Source: Macrostomum lignano (taxonomy: Eukaryota). Taken from it: a DNA stretch of 47,223 bases. Of the stretch, positions 15,013-27,804 are shown one piece after another; within the stretch, counting starts at the first letter, position 1; every line of letters begins with the position of its first letter. The translations under genes and the position numbers were made by a program. Below the pieces are notes generated by a model. It did no database searches, was not told the origin of the DNA, and worked only from the letters and a program-made list of their open reading frames with translations. The stretch is from NCBI GenBank assembly GCA_002269645.1, contig NIVC01003496.1:47648-94870 (forward strand), given 5' to 3'.

Positions 15013-16226
15013 TGCCACTGAACTGCACTCGGCCATAGACAATAAAGCCAATCAAAGCCACACTGCCACAGAACTGCACTCGGCCATAGACAATAAAGTC
15101 AATCAAAGCCACGCTGCCACAGAACTGCACTCGGCCATAGACAATAAAGCCAATCAAAGCCACGCTGCCACAGAACTGCACTCGGCCATAGACAATAAAG
15201 CCAATCAAAGCCACTGCCACAGAACTGCACTCGGCCATAGACAATAAAGCCAATCAAAGCCACGCTGCCACAGAACTGCACTCGGCCATAGACAATAAAG
15301 CCAATCAAAGCCACGCTGCCACAGAACTGCACTCGGCCATAGACAATAAAGCCAATCAAAGCCACTGCCACAGAACTGCACTCGGCCATAGACAATAAAG
15401 CCAATCAAGCCACTGCCACACAACTGCACTCGGCCATAGACAAGAAAGCCAATCAAAGCCACTGCCACAGAACTGCACTCGGCCATAGACAATAAAGTCA
15501 ATCAAAGCCACTGCCACAGAACTGCACTCGGCCATAGACAATAAAGTCAATCAAAGCCACACTGCCACAGAAGTCAGAACTGCACTCGGCCATAGACAAT
15601 AAAGTCAATCAAAGCCACGCTGCCACAGAACTGCACTCGGCCATAGACAATAAAGCCAATCAAAGCCACGCTGCCACAGAACTGCACTCGGCCATAGACA
15701 ATAAAGCCAATCAAAGCCACTGCCACAGAACTGCACTCGGCCATAGACAATAAAGCCAATCAAAGCCACGCTGCCACAGAACTGCACTCGGCCATAGACA
15801 ATAAAGCCAATCAAAGCCACGCTGCCACAGAACTGCACTCGGCCATAGAAAATAAAGCCAATCAAAGCCACTGCCACAGAACTGCACTCGGCCATAGACA
15901 ATAAAGCCAATCAAAGCCACTGCCACAGAACTGCACTCGGCCATAGACAATAAAGTCAATCAAAGCCACTGCCACAGAACTGCACTCGGCCATAGACAAT
16001 AAAGTCAATCAAAGCCACACTGCCACAGAAGTCAGAACTGCACTCGGCCATAGACAATAAAGTCAATCAAAGCCACGCTGCCACAGAACTGCACTCGGCC
16101 ATAGACAATAAAGTCAATCAAAGCCACGCTGCCACAGAACTGCACTCGGCCATAGACAATAAAGTCAATCAAAGCCACGCTGCCACAGAACTGCACTCGG
16201 TCATAGACAACAAAGTCAATCAAGCT
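15013..16226. repeat. 51-bp minisatellite (GCCACAGAACTGCACTCGGCCATAGACAATAAAGCCAATCAAAGCCACACT), with shortened ~49-bp variants
   Basis: Direct; roughly 24 units, and the frame is broken by the short variants. Confidence 0.96.
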
Positions 16227-16929
16227 GATGAAATGCCATTTAAAAGGACAGTTCTCAATTCACTCATAAACTCACTCACTGCAAGTCAACCCGGCTTTCG
16301 AAGGCGCTTCCCCCTGGAAATCGAGTTAGAATTTCAAAGCAAGTTTTCTAGCCACAGAACTTTATTTGACCAGACTTAATATGCATAAGCTTTTAGTACA
16401 TGTATCTTATAGTTAAACGCATTAATGAATAGAGATTTATACGTAACATGGCTTTGATTCCGAGACCGTATACGAGTAGTTCGAGTTCGAGTCAAGACTA
16501 TGATTGAACATTTGAACTACCAAAAGTTAGCAGGCCAGCAAGCCTAAAAAAACCTCGGGTGATCCGTGTTATAGCCACCTTTCGGACAGGGCATTTAAAT
16601 ATTCGAACGTACGCCAATGATGTGAGTGAAGTACACGTACGTACAGGCCGACGGTTCAACTGGTGTAGCTAAGAAGCTAAATAATGACATATAGATAATA
16701 CAGCCATACGTGATATTTTTAGTACAAACACAAACCAGTACTGAGGTACATGCGAGTAAAAAAATTAAATAAACCATTAGCAATCAAAACCTTGAAAGCG
16801 GGAAACTATTGAATTGCGGACGTACACGAAACCACTTTTCATTTTAGCATTATTATAGAAAGTGTCTTATGACACAATTACGTTAAAGTAGTTATATTCA
16901 GTGTATCAATTTCACTCCAGCTTCATTTC

Positions 16930-17100
16930 TCATCACATGTTTCCATCTTCTTTGGTTCATCGGGCGGCGAAGCATCATCCAAGTTTCCGGCCACCTCAAC
17001 CTGCACAGTCTCCGTTTTCGGCAGCGACAGCTCCTTGGACTTCTGTTTCTCCGTGTCGACCGTCGTGGACTGCTCAGTGGAGCTTGCTGGCTTTCTCTTC
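16930..17100 (-). pseudogene. Truncated, diverged duplicate of the 3' end of the IQ-protein exon
   Basis: Encodes KKRKPASSTEQSTTVDTEKQKSKELSLPKTETVQVEVAGNLDDASPPDEPKKMETCDE; cut at the duplication junction 17101. Confidence 0.85.
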
Positions 17101-17101
17101 T

Positions 17102-17713
17102 TAGCCAGATCAGACAGTCTGTAGCCAGATCAGACAGTCTGTAGCCAGATCAGACAGTCTGTAGCCAGATCAGACAGTCTGTAGCCAGATCAGACAGTCT
17201 GTAGCCAGATCAGACAGTCTGTAGCCATATCAGAAGTCTGTAGCCAGATCAGACAGTCTGTAGCCAGATCAGACAGTCTGTAGCCAGATCAGACAGTCTG
17301 TAGCCAGATCAGACAGTCTGTAGCCAGATCAGACAGTCTGTTAGCCAGATCAGAGCCAGATCAGACAGTCTGTTAGCCAGATCAGACAGTCTGTAGCCAG
17401 ATCAGACAGTCTGTAGCTAGATCAGACAGTCTGTAGCCAGATCAGACAGTCTGTAGCCAGATCAGACAGTCTGTAGCCAGATCAGACAGTCTGTAGCCAG
17501 ATCAGACAGTCTGTAGCCAGATCAGACAGTCTGTAGCCAGATCAGACAGTCTGTAGCCAGATCAGACAGTCTGTAGCCAGATCAGACAGTCTGTAGCCAG
17601 ATCAGACAGTCTGTAGCCAGATCAGACAGTCTGTAGCCAGATCAGACAGTCTGTAGCCAGATCAGACAGTCTGTAGCCAGACCAGACAGTCTGTAGCCAC
17701 ACCTGACAGTCTA
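17102..17713. repeat. 20-bp satellite, second array
   Basis: Same unit and same private variants as 8154-8784. Confidence 0.98.
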
Positions 17714-17977
17714 TATTGGCTGAAGGAGCAGCCCGACATCCGCACAGCCCCTGATCACAAACTGGTGATCAGGGTGCCACGATGAGATTCCCACACACGA
17801 TACAGAAACAAGCATTTAAGACATTCGCCTAACTTTTGTGCCCCAGCGTCAGTTGAGGGGGGGGACACTAGAAACGCTAAAGTATTAATTTGCATCATTC
17901 TTTATGACCTGTTAATCATGTGCAAAAGTGCGAAAAGTGCAAAAGTGCCATGATTGCGCAATTCTAGGCTGAACTGC

Positions 17978-18250
<273 letters not shown>

Positions 18251-19463
18251 AAGTATGATGCAAAATTACTTAAAAAGAGCGTACGTGCAAAATGAGAGTT
18301 AAGAAAATTGAACCGGTTGAATCCAGTTGAAATTTTTCTTGAGCCGTCTAGAATTTTCTAACCAAAACAAACTAAAGATTGCTAAAGCTAAAACTGAGAA
18401 TTCTCACAGCAGTATTGCATTAGAAGTGCAAAAACTTTCGTCAGAAGAGCGAGAGACACAGCAACTGCCATACCCTGCAGCGAAAAACCTAAAACTGAGG
18501 TTGGCGCGGCTGTACTGCTCTACAAACAAATGTCTGACGTGTGCATTAAACTGTACAGCTGAGTCCTTTCCCTTCCACACTCTACATTGTTCCGAAAGCC
18601 ATGAAAACGGAGCAGACCCAGCAGTTGAGTACAGTTGAGCAGCTGAGCAACTATGAAAGCGAGATTTCTCACCCCTTATGCTGTTGTCATTGACAACCGT
18701 ATAGACAGACTTTCTCTCTACCCTTTTCCATTGCTCAAGCACAGTCTGTAGGTGGAGCGGTGTCCCAGCAATCTCGTCTATAAATGTAAAGACATGCAAT
18801 GCCCCTCTCTTTCTCATGGCTGAGAGCGCCAGAGGCCTGTGGAAAGTCGACCAAACGAGTCGAAGCTCTTTTTAGAGTTTCGATCCTCGCCACACCATCT
18901 CACAGATGGTCGACTGGAAGTGGGTCCTCTCCAGAAGGAGAAAAGCCCCTCTCTGCACCTGCGCTTACTTCGTCTACTGCTGCGGCTTTCAAGTCCGCGG
19001 CGTTGCAACCAGCAGCCACCCTCTCCGGCTGTCTCTCAACATCGGTTCCTGGGAAGGCGTTGTCCCAGCCTGTCAGGGGCTCCAAGGACGCTAGCGACCC
19101 CGCCATCACGCTGTGACCGCGTGCTTTGGGGTGTCCGGGAGCCCCGATCAACATCACGCAGGCTGGGGCAAAGTGCGCCCTGGGACCACAAAGCGGCTTT
19201 GTCTTACGGTTCGGCTTGGAGTGCCATGATTGCGCAATTCTAGGCTGAACTGCTAGGCTCCTTTTGTGGTCCGGGGATACTCGACAGACCCCCCATTGCC
19301 TTCCTTAAACTGCAACTCAATCAAGTTGTTGTTGAGAGACAGTCGGTAAGGTGCAACGAAAAGCGTACAGGTGCAAAGACGGATTTGGGCTCTTGCCTTC
19401 TGGCGAGGACTCTAATGAATCTATGAGGGGACGCATTGAGGCTGGGCATCTGGGTAGTAGATC

Positions 19464-21096
<1,633 letters not shown>

Positions 21097-21579
21097 TGAT
21101 TGATTGCTTGCTTGATCGATTGATTTTTTAGGATAAATCCATGGCTGAAACATACTACTTTCCTAGTGGCAATCAGTAGTTGGCTCGATTTTTGAAAGTT
21201 TCGCATATAGTGACAGGGACTAGGAAAGTTTTTTACATTTTTTTCTACGAAGTGCTGAAATTTGACGGCGTTTCTACATTTTGAATTTTTTATTTAATCA
21301 GCTGGCCAAACATTTATTGGCACATTGCAGTTGCAGTTTTGAGTTCATATCGCTGCTTCTACATGTAAGCGTTCTACCGGGCTAAGAGCACTAGCTTGTT
21401 TTTGAAACTGCCGACTATCTTTGCTATTTTATTATTGGACTGTGTCATTTCGGAAAATTTCCCAAGCTATAGATTCCACAAAAGATTCCTAAGGTGACAT
21501 ATTTTGCATTTATTTATTTACAGCTAATGGACAGGTATTTTGCATTAGTCTTTGATAATGCGCAGATCAAGCGTAGAGC

Positions 21580-22289
21580 TGCCACTGAACTGCACTCGGC
21601 CATAGACAATAAAGCCAATCAAAGCCACACTGCCACAGAACTGCACTCGGCCATAGACAATAAAGTCAATCAAAGCCACGCTGCCACAGAACTGCACTCG
21701 GCCATAGACAATAAAGCCAATCAAAGCCACACTGCCACAGAACTGCACTCGGCCATAGACAATAAAGCCAATCAAAGCCACGCTGCCACAGAACTGCACT
21801 CGGCCATAGACAATGAAGCCAATCAAAGCCACACTGCCACAGAACTGCACTCGGCCATAGACAATGAAGCCAATCAAAGCCACACTGCCACAGAACTGCA
21901 CTCGGCCATAGACAATGAAGCCAATCAAAGCCACACTGCCACAGAACTGCACTCGGCCATAGACAATAAAGCCAATCAAAGCCACGCTGCCACAGAACTG
22001 CACTCGGCCATAGACAATGAAGCCAATCAAAGCCACACTGCCACAGAACTGCACTCGGCCATAGACAATGAAGCCAATCAAAGCCACGCTGCCACAGAAC
22101 TGCACTCGGCCATAGACAATGAAGCCAATCAAAGCCACGCTGCCACAGAACTGCACTCGGCCATAGACAATAAAGCCAATCAAAGCCACACTGCCACAGA
22201 ACTGCACTCGGCCATAGACAATAAAGCCAATCAAAGCCACGCTGCCACAGAACTGCACTCGGCCATAGACAACAAAGTCAATCAAGCTG
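21580..22289. repeat. 51-bp minisatellite, second array (~14 units, all in frame)
   Basis: Direct; produces the 317-aa (ATELHSAIDNKANQSHT)n ORF. Confidence 0.96.
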
Positions 22290-22953
22290 ATGAAATGCCA
22301 TTTAAAAGGACAGTTCGCAATTCACTCATAAACTCACTCATACAGACTGCAAGTCAACCCGGCTTTCGAAGGCGCTTCCCCCTGGAAATCGAGTTAGAAT
22401 TTCAAAGCAAGTTTTCTAGCCACAGAACTTTATTTGACCAGACCTAATATGCATAAGCTTTTAGTACATGTATCTTATAGTTAAACGCATTAATGAATAT
22501 AGATTTATACGTAACCTGGCTTTATGATTCCGAGACCGTATACGAGTAGTTCGAGTTCGAGTCAAGACTATGATTGAACAGTTGAACTACCAAAAGTTAG
22601 CAGGCCAGCAAGCCTAATGAATCTCGGGTGATCCGTGTTATGGCCACCTTTCAGACAGGGCATTTAAATACTCGTACGTACGCCAATGATGTGAGCGAAG
22701 TACACGTACGTACAGGCCGACGGTTCAACTGGTGTAGCTAAGAAGCTAAATAATGACATATAGATAATACAGCCATGCGTGATATTTTTTAGTACAAATA
22801 CAAACCAGTACTGAGGCACATGCGAGTGAAAAAAATAAAATAAATCATTAGCAATCAAAACCTTGAAAGCGGGAAACTATTGAATTGCGGACGTACACGA
22901 TACCACAATCGCGTTAAAGTAGTTATATTCAGTGCATCAATTTCACTCCAGCT

Positions 22954-23424
22954 TCAGTTCTCATCACATGTTTCCATCTTCTTTGGTTCATCAGGCTGCG
23001 GAGCATCATCTAAGTTTCCGGCCACCTCAACCTGCACAGTCTCCGTTTTCGGCAGCGACGGCTCCTTATACTTCTGTTTCTCCGTGTCGACCGTCGTGGA
23101 CTGCTCAGTGGAGCTTGTTGGCTTTCTCTTAGCCAGATCAGCCAGCGTTGGCCTGGCGTCGTGGCTCACGTGTCGGTGATAGAACGTGTCGGCGCTCGAG
23201 TTCACCTCGCCCCACCATCGACGAATCCGGCCGCAGATGGTGCCGTCTTCTTGCTGCTGCTGTTGCTGCTTTCTCTTCTGGTTGCTGCGAAACCAGCGCT
23301 GGATGCAGACTGCAGCACCGGCCTCGCCATGAAGCTTGGCGCCTTTTCTGCGCCGTTTGTCCAGCGCCTCTTGCTGCTTCAGCAGCTGCTTCTGCTGCAG
23401 CTTGTTCACTGCTGAGCCGGACAC
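22954..23424 (-). CDS. Terminal exon of a Lys/Gln-rich protein with an IQ (calmodulin-binding-like) motif
   Basis: Acceptor TATCGCAG|GTG at 23425/23424; 156 open codons to TGA; AAVCIQRWFRSNQKRK. Candidate upstream donor CCTG|GTGAG at 23956/23955 (phase 0; ATG at 23964 would give MNL-VSGS...). The upstream exon is uncertain. Confidence 0.7.
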   Translation of the reverse strand: MSGSAVNKLQQKQLLKQQEALDKRRRKGAKLHGEAGAAVCIQRWFRSNQKRKQQQQQQEDGTICGRIRRWWGEVNSSADTFYHRHVSHDARPTLADLAKRKPTSSTEQSTTVDTEKQKYKEPSLPKTETVQVEVAGNLDDAPQPDEPKKMETCDEN

Positions 23425-24432
23425 CTGCGATATTTTTGAGCAAGGGAGAAGCTGCTGTCAGTGGACCTGGCACAATGACTTACACAAAGCACTCCTCACT
23501 CTGGAGCGGCGTCCAGCAACCTAACCGCTTCCAGACACTGAACAAGAGTACATTAATACGTATTAAATTTCCACGAAGAATTTACATGTACTCGCACTTG
23601 TAACGCTTTTTTCAATAAGACACGTTCCTTAAAAACCGCATTTGTTTTTTTATTGGAGCGTTTGATTGTGTCTATGGCAAAAACCTCCATTGGTGTACTG
23701 CATCATAGGTGCACGATTGAAATGATCACCCCTCCTGTCAACCCTCTCTAGTGTGCAAGATTGATTTTGTCTATGGTTAAACTTCTTTGTGCTTGATTAA
23801 AATAGAATCAGATGACAATGAGACTCATGAACGCTAACTCGCGCCTCTGATAATGACGCACTCGTTAGCGTCGTAACCTGGTAATCCTTCTGCGTGCATA
23901 AAATATAGCCAACAAGCAAAACAGCGAGGCAGTTTAACTGTGGATCTGCGCTCACCAGGTTCATGCTTTGATCCGTTCTAGGCTTTCTTTGAAATACGAC
24001 GTTTACTTTTTGGTAGATTAATTTTTACGATTCTATCGAGACTCGCGGCTTTTATTCCTGTCTTCCACTGCCGACTGTCTCAGCGCCTGCCTTTTTCTCT
24101 CCTGGCTGATTTCTCTGTCTGGCCTAATCTGCTTTTTAGTCTTCTTCTTCTTCTTCGGGAACAATTTTGGGATTTAGGCTATTATATATAGAACCGGTTT
24201 GGCTCCCGGATTTATGGAGGTGGGTTGTTGGGGTGAACGAAAATTGTCCTTACTTTGCACAAATGTTGATTTAATCTGTGCGTGCATGCAGTGCCGTACA
24301 GAGTCTGTGCCTGTGTCTGGGTTATGCTGCATGTGCCACAGCTTTTATGACCAATCTTGTGAGTAAAGCCGATGTTCGCGCGAGTTCTTGATTGCCGCTC
24401 TGGAGTAAATTCATAACTCCATGAGCCGACAG

Positions 24433-24439
24433 ACCGACA

Positions 24440-24474
<35 letters not shown>

Positions 24475-25475
24475 TGACTGACTGACTGACTGACTGACTG
24501 ACTGACTGACTGACTGACTGACTGACTGACTGACTGACTGACTGACTGACTGACTGACTGACTGACTGACTGACTGACTGACTGACTGACTGACTGACTG
24601 ACTGACTGACTGACTGACTGACTGACTGACTGACTGACTGACTGACTGACTGACTGACTGACTGACTGACTGACTGACTGACTGACTGACTGACTGACTG
24701 ACTGACTGACTGACTGACTGACTGACTGACTGACTGACTGACTGACTGACTGACTGACTGACTGACTGACTGACTGACTGACTGACTGACTGACTGACTG
24801 ACTGACTGACTGACTGACTGACTGACTGACTGACTGACTGACTGACTGACTGACTGACTGACTGACTGACTGACTGACTGACTGACTGACTGACTGACTG
24901 ACTGACTGACTGACTGACTGACTGACTGACTGACTGACTGACTGACTGACTGACTGACTGACTGACTGACTGACTGACTGACTGACTGACTGACTGACTG
25001 ACTGACTGACTGACTGACTGACTGACTGACTGACTGACTGACTGACTGACTGACTGACTGACTGACTGACTGACTGACTGACTGACTGACTGACTGACTG
25101 ACTGACTGACTGACTGACTGACTGACTGACTGACTGACTGACTGACTGACTGACTGACTGACTGACTGACTGACTGACTGACTGACTGACTGACTGACTG
25201 ACTGACTGATTGACTGACTGACTGACTGACTGACTGACTGACTGACTGACTGACTGACTGACTGACTGACTGACTGACTGACTGACTGACTCACTGACTG
25301 ACTCACTGACTCACTGACTCACTGACTCACTGACTCACTGACTCACTGACTCACTGACTCACTGACTCACTGACTGACTGACTGACTGACTGACTGACTG
25401 ACTGACTGACTGACTCACTGACTGACTGACTGACTGACTGACTGACTGACTGACTCACTGACTGACCGACTGACT
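24433..25475. repeat. (ACTG)n microsatellite, ~1 kb, with an ACTC-variant block near 25290-25460
   Basis: Direct. Confidence 0.98.
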
Positions 25476-26239
25476 TAGAGCTGTCAGGATAATAGCTCAT
25501 ACCTCTATTTTTCAATTTTCTTTCAATAGTATGTTGCTACTATTAGTAGAAACTACTCAAACTGTCACTTTGTGGGTTTATTCTCAAAACTGATTTCGAT
25601 TAGCCATCGAATTGTAGTTACATTTATAATTTAATCTGCGATTATTAAAGTCTATCGTTGACAATACTCAGTCCAACAGACAGACGTATGCAGATTGCAG
25701 AATTAAACAGCTCAAAGTAGCAGTATGCTCAATTGAGTAACATTTTAAAGTGCCTTTCTATCCTGCACGTTGTAAAATTAATTACCGAAATAAAAATTAG
25801 CGGCCATTTAGCGCAGATGTGGTCACAAATTGAAACGAGTGGCTGTGCTATATAAACCTGTTGCCATTGCGTGCGCAATGTAAGGATAAGGGAGCTCATT
25901 CAGATTTCATCGAGTAGGATTGGCTGCTAGACGCACAGTCCATTAAGCTGTCTGGCTGCCCGAGAACCCTTGAGCAGTTGCCATGCATATCTATATGCAT
26001 ATATATGTGATTTGGCCAATAATGCATGGCATTGAAGGCCTGCAATAGGGGATTAGCGGCGCGTAGATATAAGCTGCATATTATTTTTTTCTGCGAAACG
26101 AAAATTCGAAAACAATACGGTAAGATTTAATTTTCATTGATTTCACTGCGCTTATCTTCTTGAACTCTCTCTATGACTTTTTATTGTGAAGTTTATATGG
26201 ACAAGCATCCGTGAGTAGCCAAATTACCTATCACCAATG

Positions 26240-26557
26240 TAATAAATAATATTAAATAATTAATTGATTACATCTGGCCTAATGGGCAGATGTACGACCG
26301 ACAGCTCAGCCGCAGCTATTGCGCGGCGCATCTGAAGGCTGCGTGCGGCTGTTCAGTCCAAGGACTGGGGGGGGGGGGTCGCCACTAACACCCTCAATTT
26401 ACCCCAGCTAATGCTGGCACCCATTTTACATCTGGATGAACTGAAGCAATGCAGAGTTAAGTGTCTTGCTCAACTAGACACAAATTGTTCCTAGAGGTAT
26501 AGGGAATCGAACTCCGACCTTCAAGTCGTGAGTCCGACGCTCGAACCACAAGACTAT
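26240..26557 (-). mobile_element. tRNA-derived SINE with CORE-like central domain
   Basis: Minus strand: TAGTCTTGTGGTTCGAGCG (A-box-like), GAGTTCGATTCCC (B box, 26514-26502), then TTGAGCAAGACACTTAACTCTGCATTGCTTCAGTTCATCCAGATGTAAAATGGGTGCC (resembles the CORE consensus from memory), and an AT-rich simple-repeat tail near 26240-26270. No TSD found. Confidence 0.7.
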
Positions 26558-26639
26558 AACCCTCTCTTGCCTATCTGGAAGCAACATTAAGTGCAGTGGT
26601 AATTCTGTATCAAAATGTACAATCAGCTCAATGAGTGTA

Positions 26640-27318
26640 ATGGTAGATTGTGTCCATGGCATTGTAGGTAGACAGTGGTAGATTGTGCCTATGGTTTTGG
26701 AAGTAGACAATGGTAGATTGTGTCTGTGACTGTGGAAGTAGACAATGGTAGACTATGTCTATGGTTTTGGAAGTAGACAATGGTAGACTGTGCCTATGGT
26801 TTTGGAAGTAGACAATGGTAGATTGTGCCTATGGTTTTGGAAGTAGACAATGGTATATTGTGTCTGTGGCTTTGGAGGTAGAGAATGGTAGCTTGTGTGT
26901 CTGTGTCTATGGCTTTGGAGGTAGACAATGATAGTTTGTGTGCTTGTGTCTATGGCTTTGGAGGTAGACAATGATAGCTTGTGTGCTTGTGTCTATGGCT
27001 TTGGAGGTAGACAATGATAGCTTGTGTGTTTGTGTCTATGGCTTTGGAGGTAGACAATGATAGCTTGTGTGCTTGTGTCTATGGCTTTGGAGGTAGACAA
27101 TGATAGCTTGTGTGTTTGTGTCTATGGCTTTGGAGGTAGACAATGATAGCTTGTGTGCTTGTGTCTATGGCTTTGGAGGTAGACAATGATAGCTTGTGTG
27201 CTTGTGTTTATGGTTTTGGAGGTAGACAATGATAGCTTGTGTGCTTGTGTCTATGGCTTTGGAGGTAGACAATGATAGCTTGTGTGCTTGTGTCTATGGT
27301 TTTTGAGGTAGACAATGA
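26640..27318. repeat. Minisatellite grading from 35-bp to 43-bp units (..TATGGCTTTGGAGGTAGACAATG..)
   Basis: Direct. Confidence 0.93.
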
Positions 27319-27804
27319 CTCGTTTCCCCATAGACTCGTTCAAAATTAGCATTAGCATACCGACTGGATCTTCAGAATTCTATTAATTTTTCGAAGTTTC
27401 CAATTTTGGGAACTGCAAATAAACTCTAGGCCCAGACAAGTCATCTATCATTGGCAGAATTGGCTGTCGCAGCTGTGAACCGGATATTGACAGATAGGGC
27501 CACCCAGCTTCGAATCTTGGCTGCACTTCAATTTATTCTTCGCAACTCGCCTGTAATGAGTTTTTGTCCAATAGCAACTGGCGATAGGAAGTATTCCGTC
27601 ATGAGTGTGACAATCTCCGCTTGTTGAGCTTCCCCAATAAGTCTCAGTTCAGCAGTTAGCAACAGAGTAGGAACTGATTTACTAAGCGTCCACGGCAAAG
27701 TGAATATGTACTTCAACATCCAACAGCTTCGTAACTAACATTGAGTGATTTCAATCAATATTCAATGTGCTGATGTGAACTAATGGATAACATTAAAACT
27801 AATC

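Noticed and set aside
27320-27380. Minus-strand CTGAAGA...GGGGAAACGAGTC as a hammerhead
   Set aside because: Stem I does not pair and stem II is only 2 bp.
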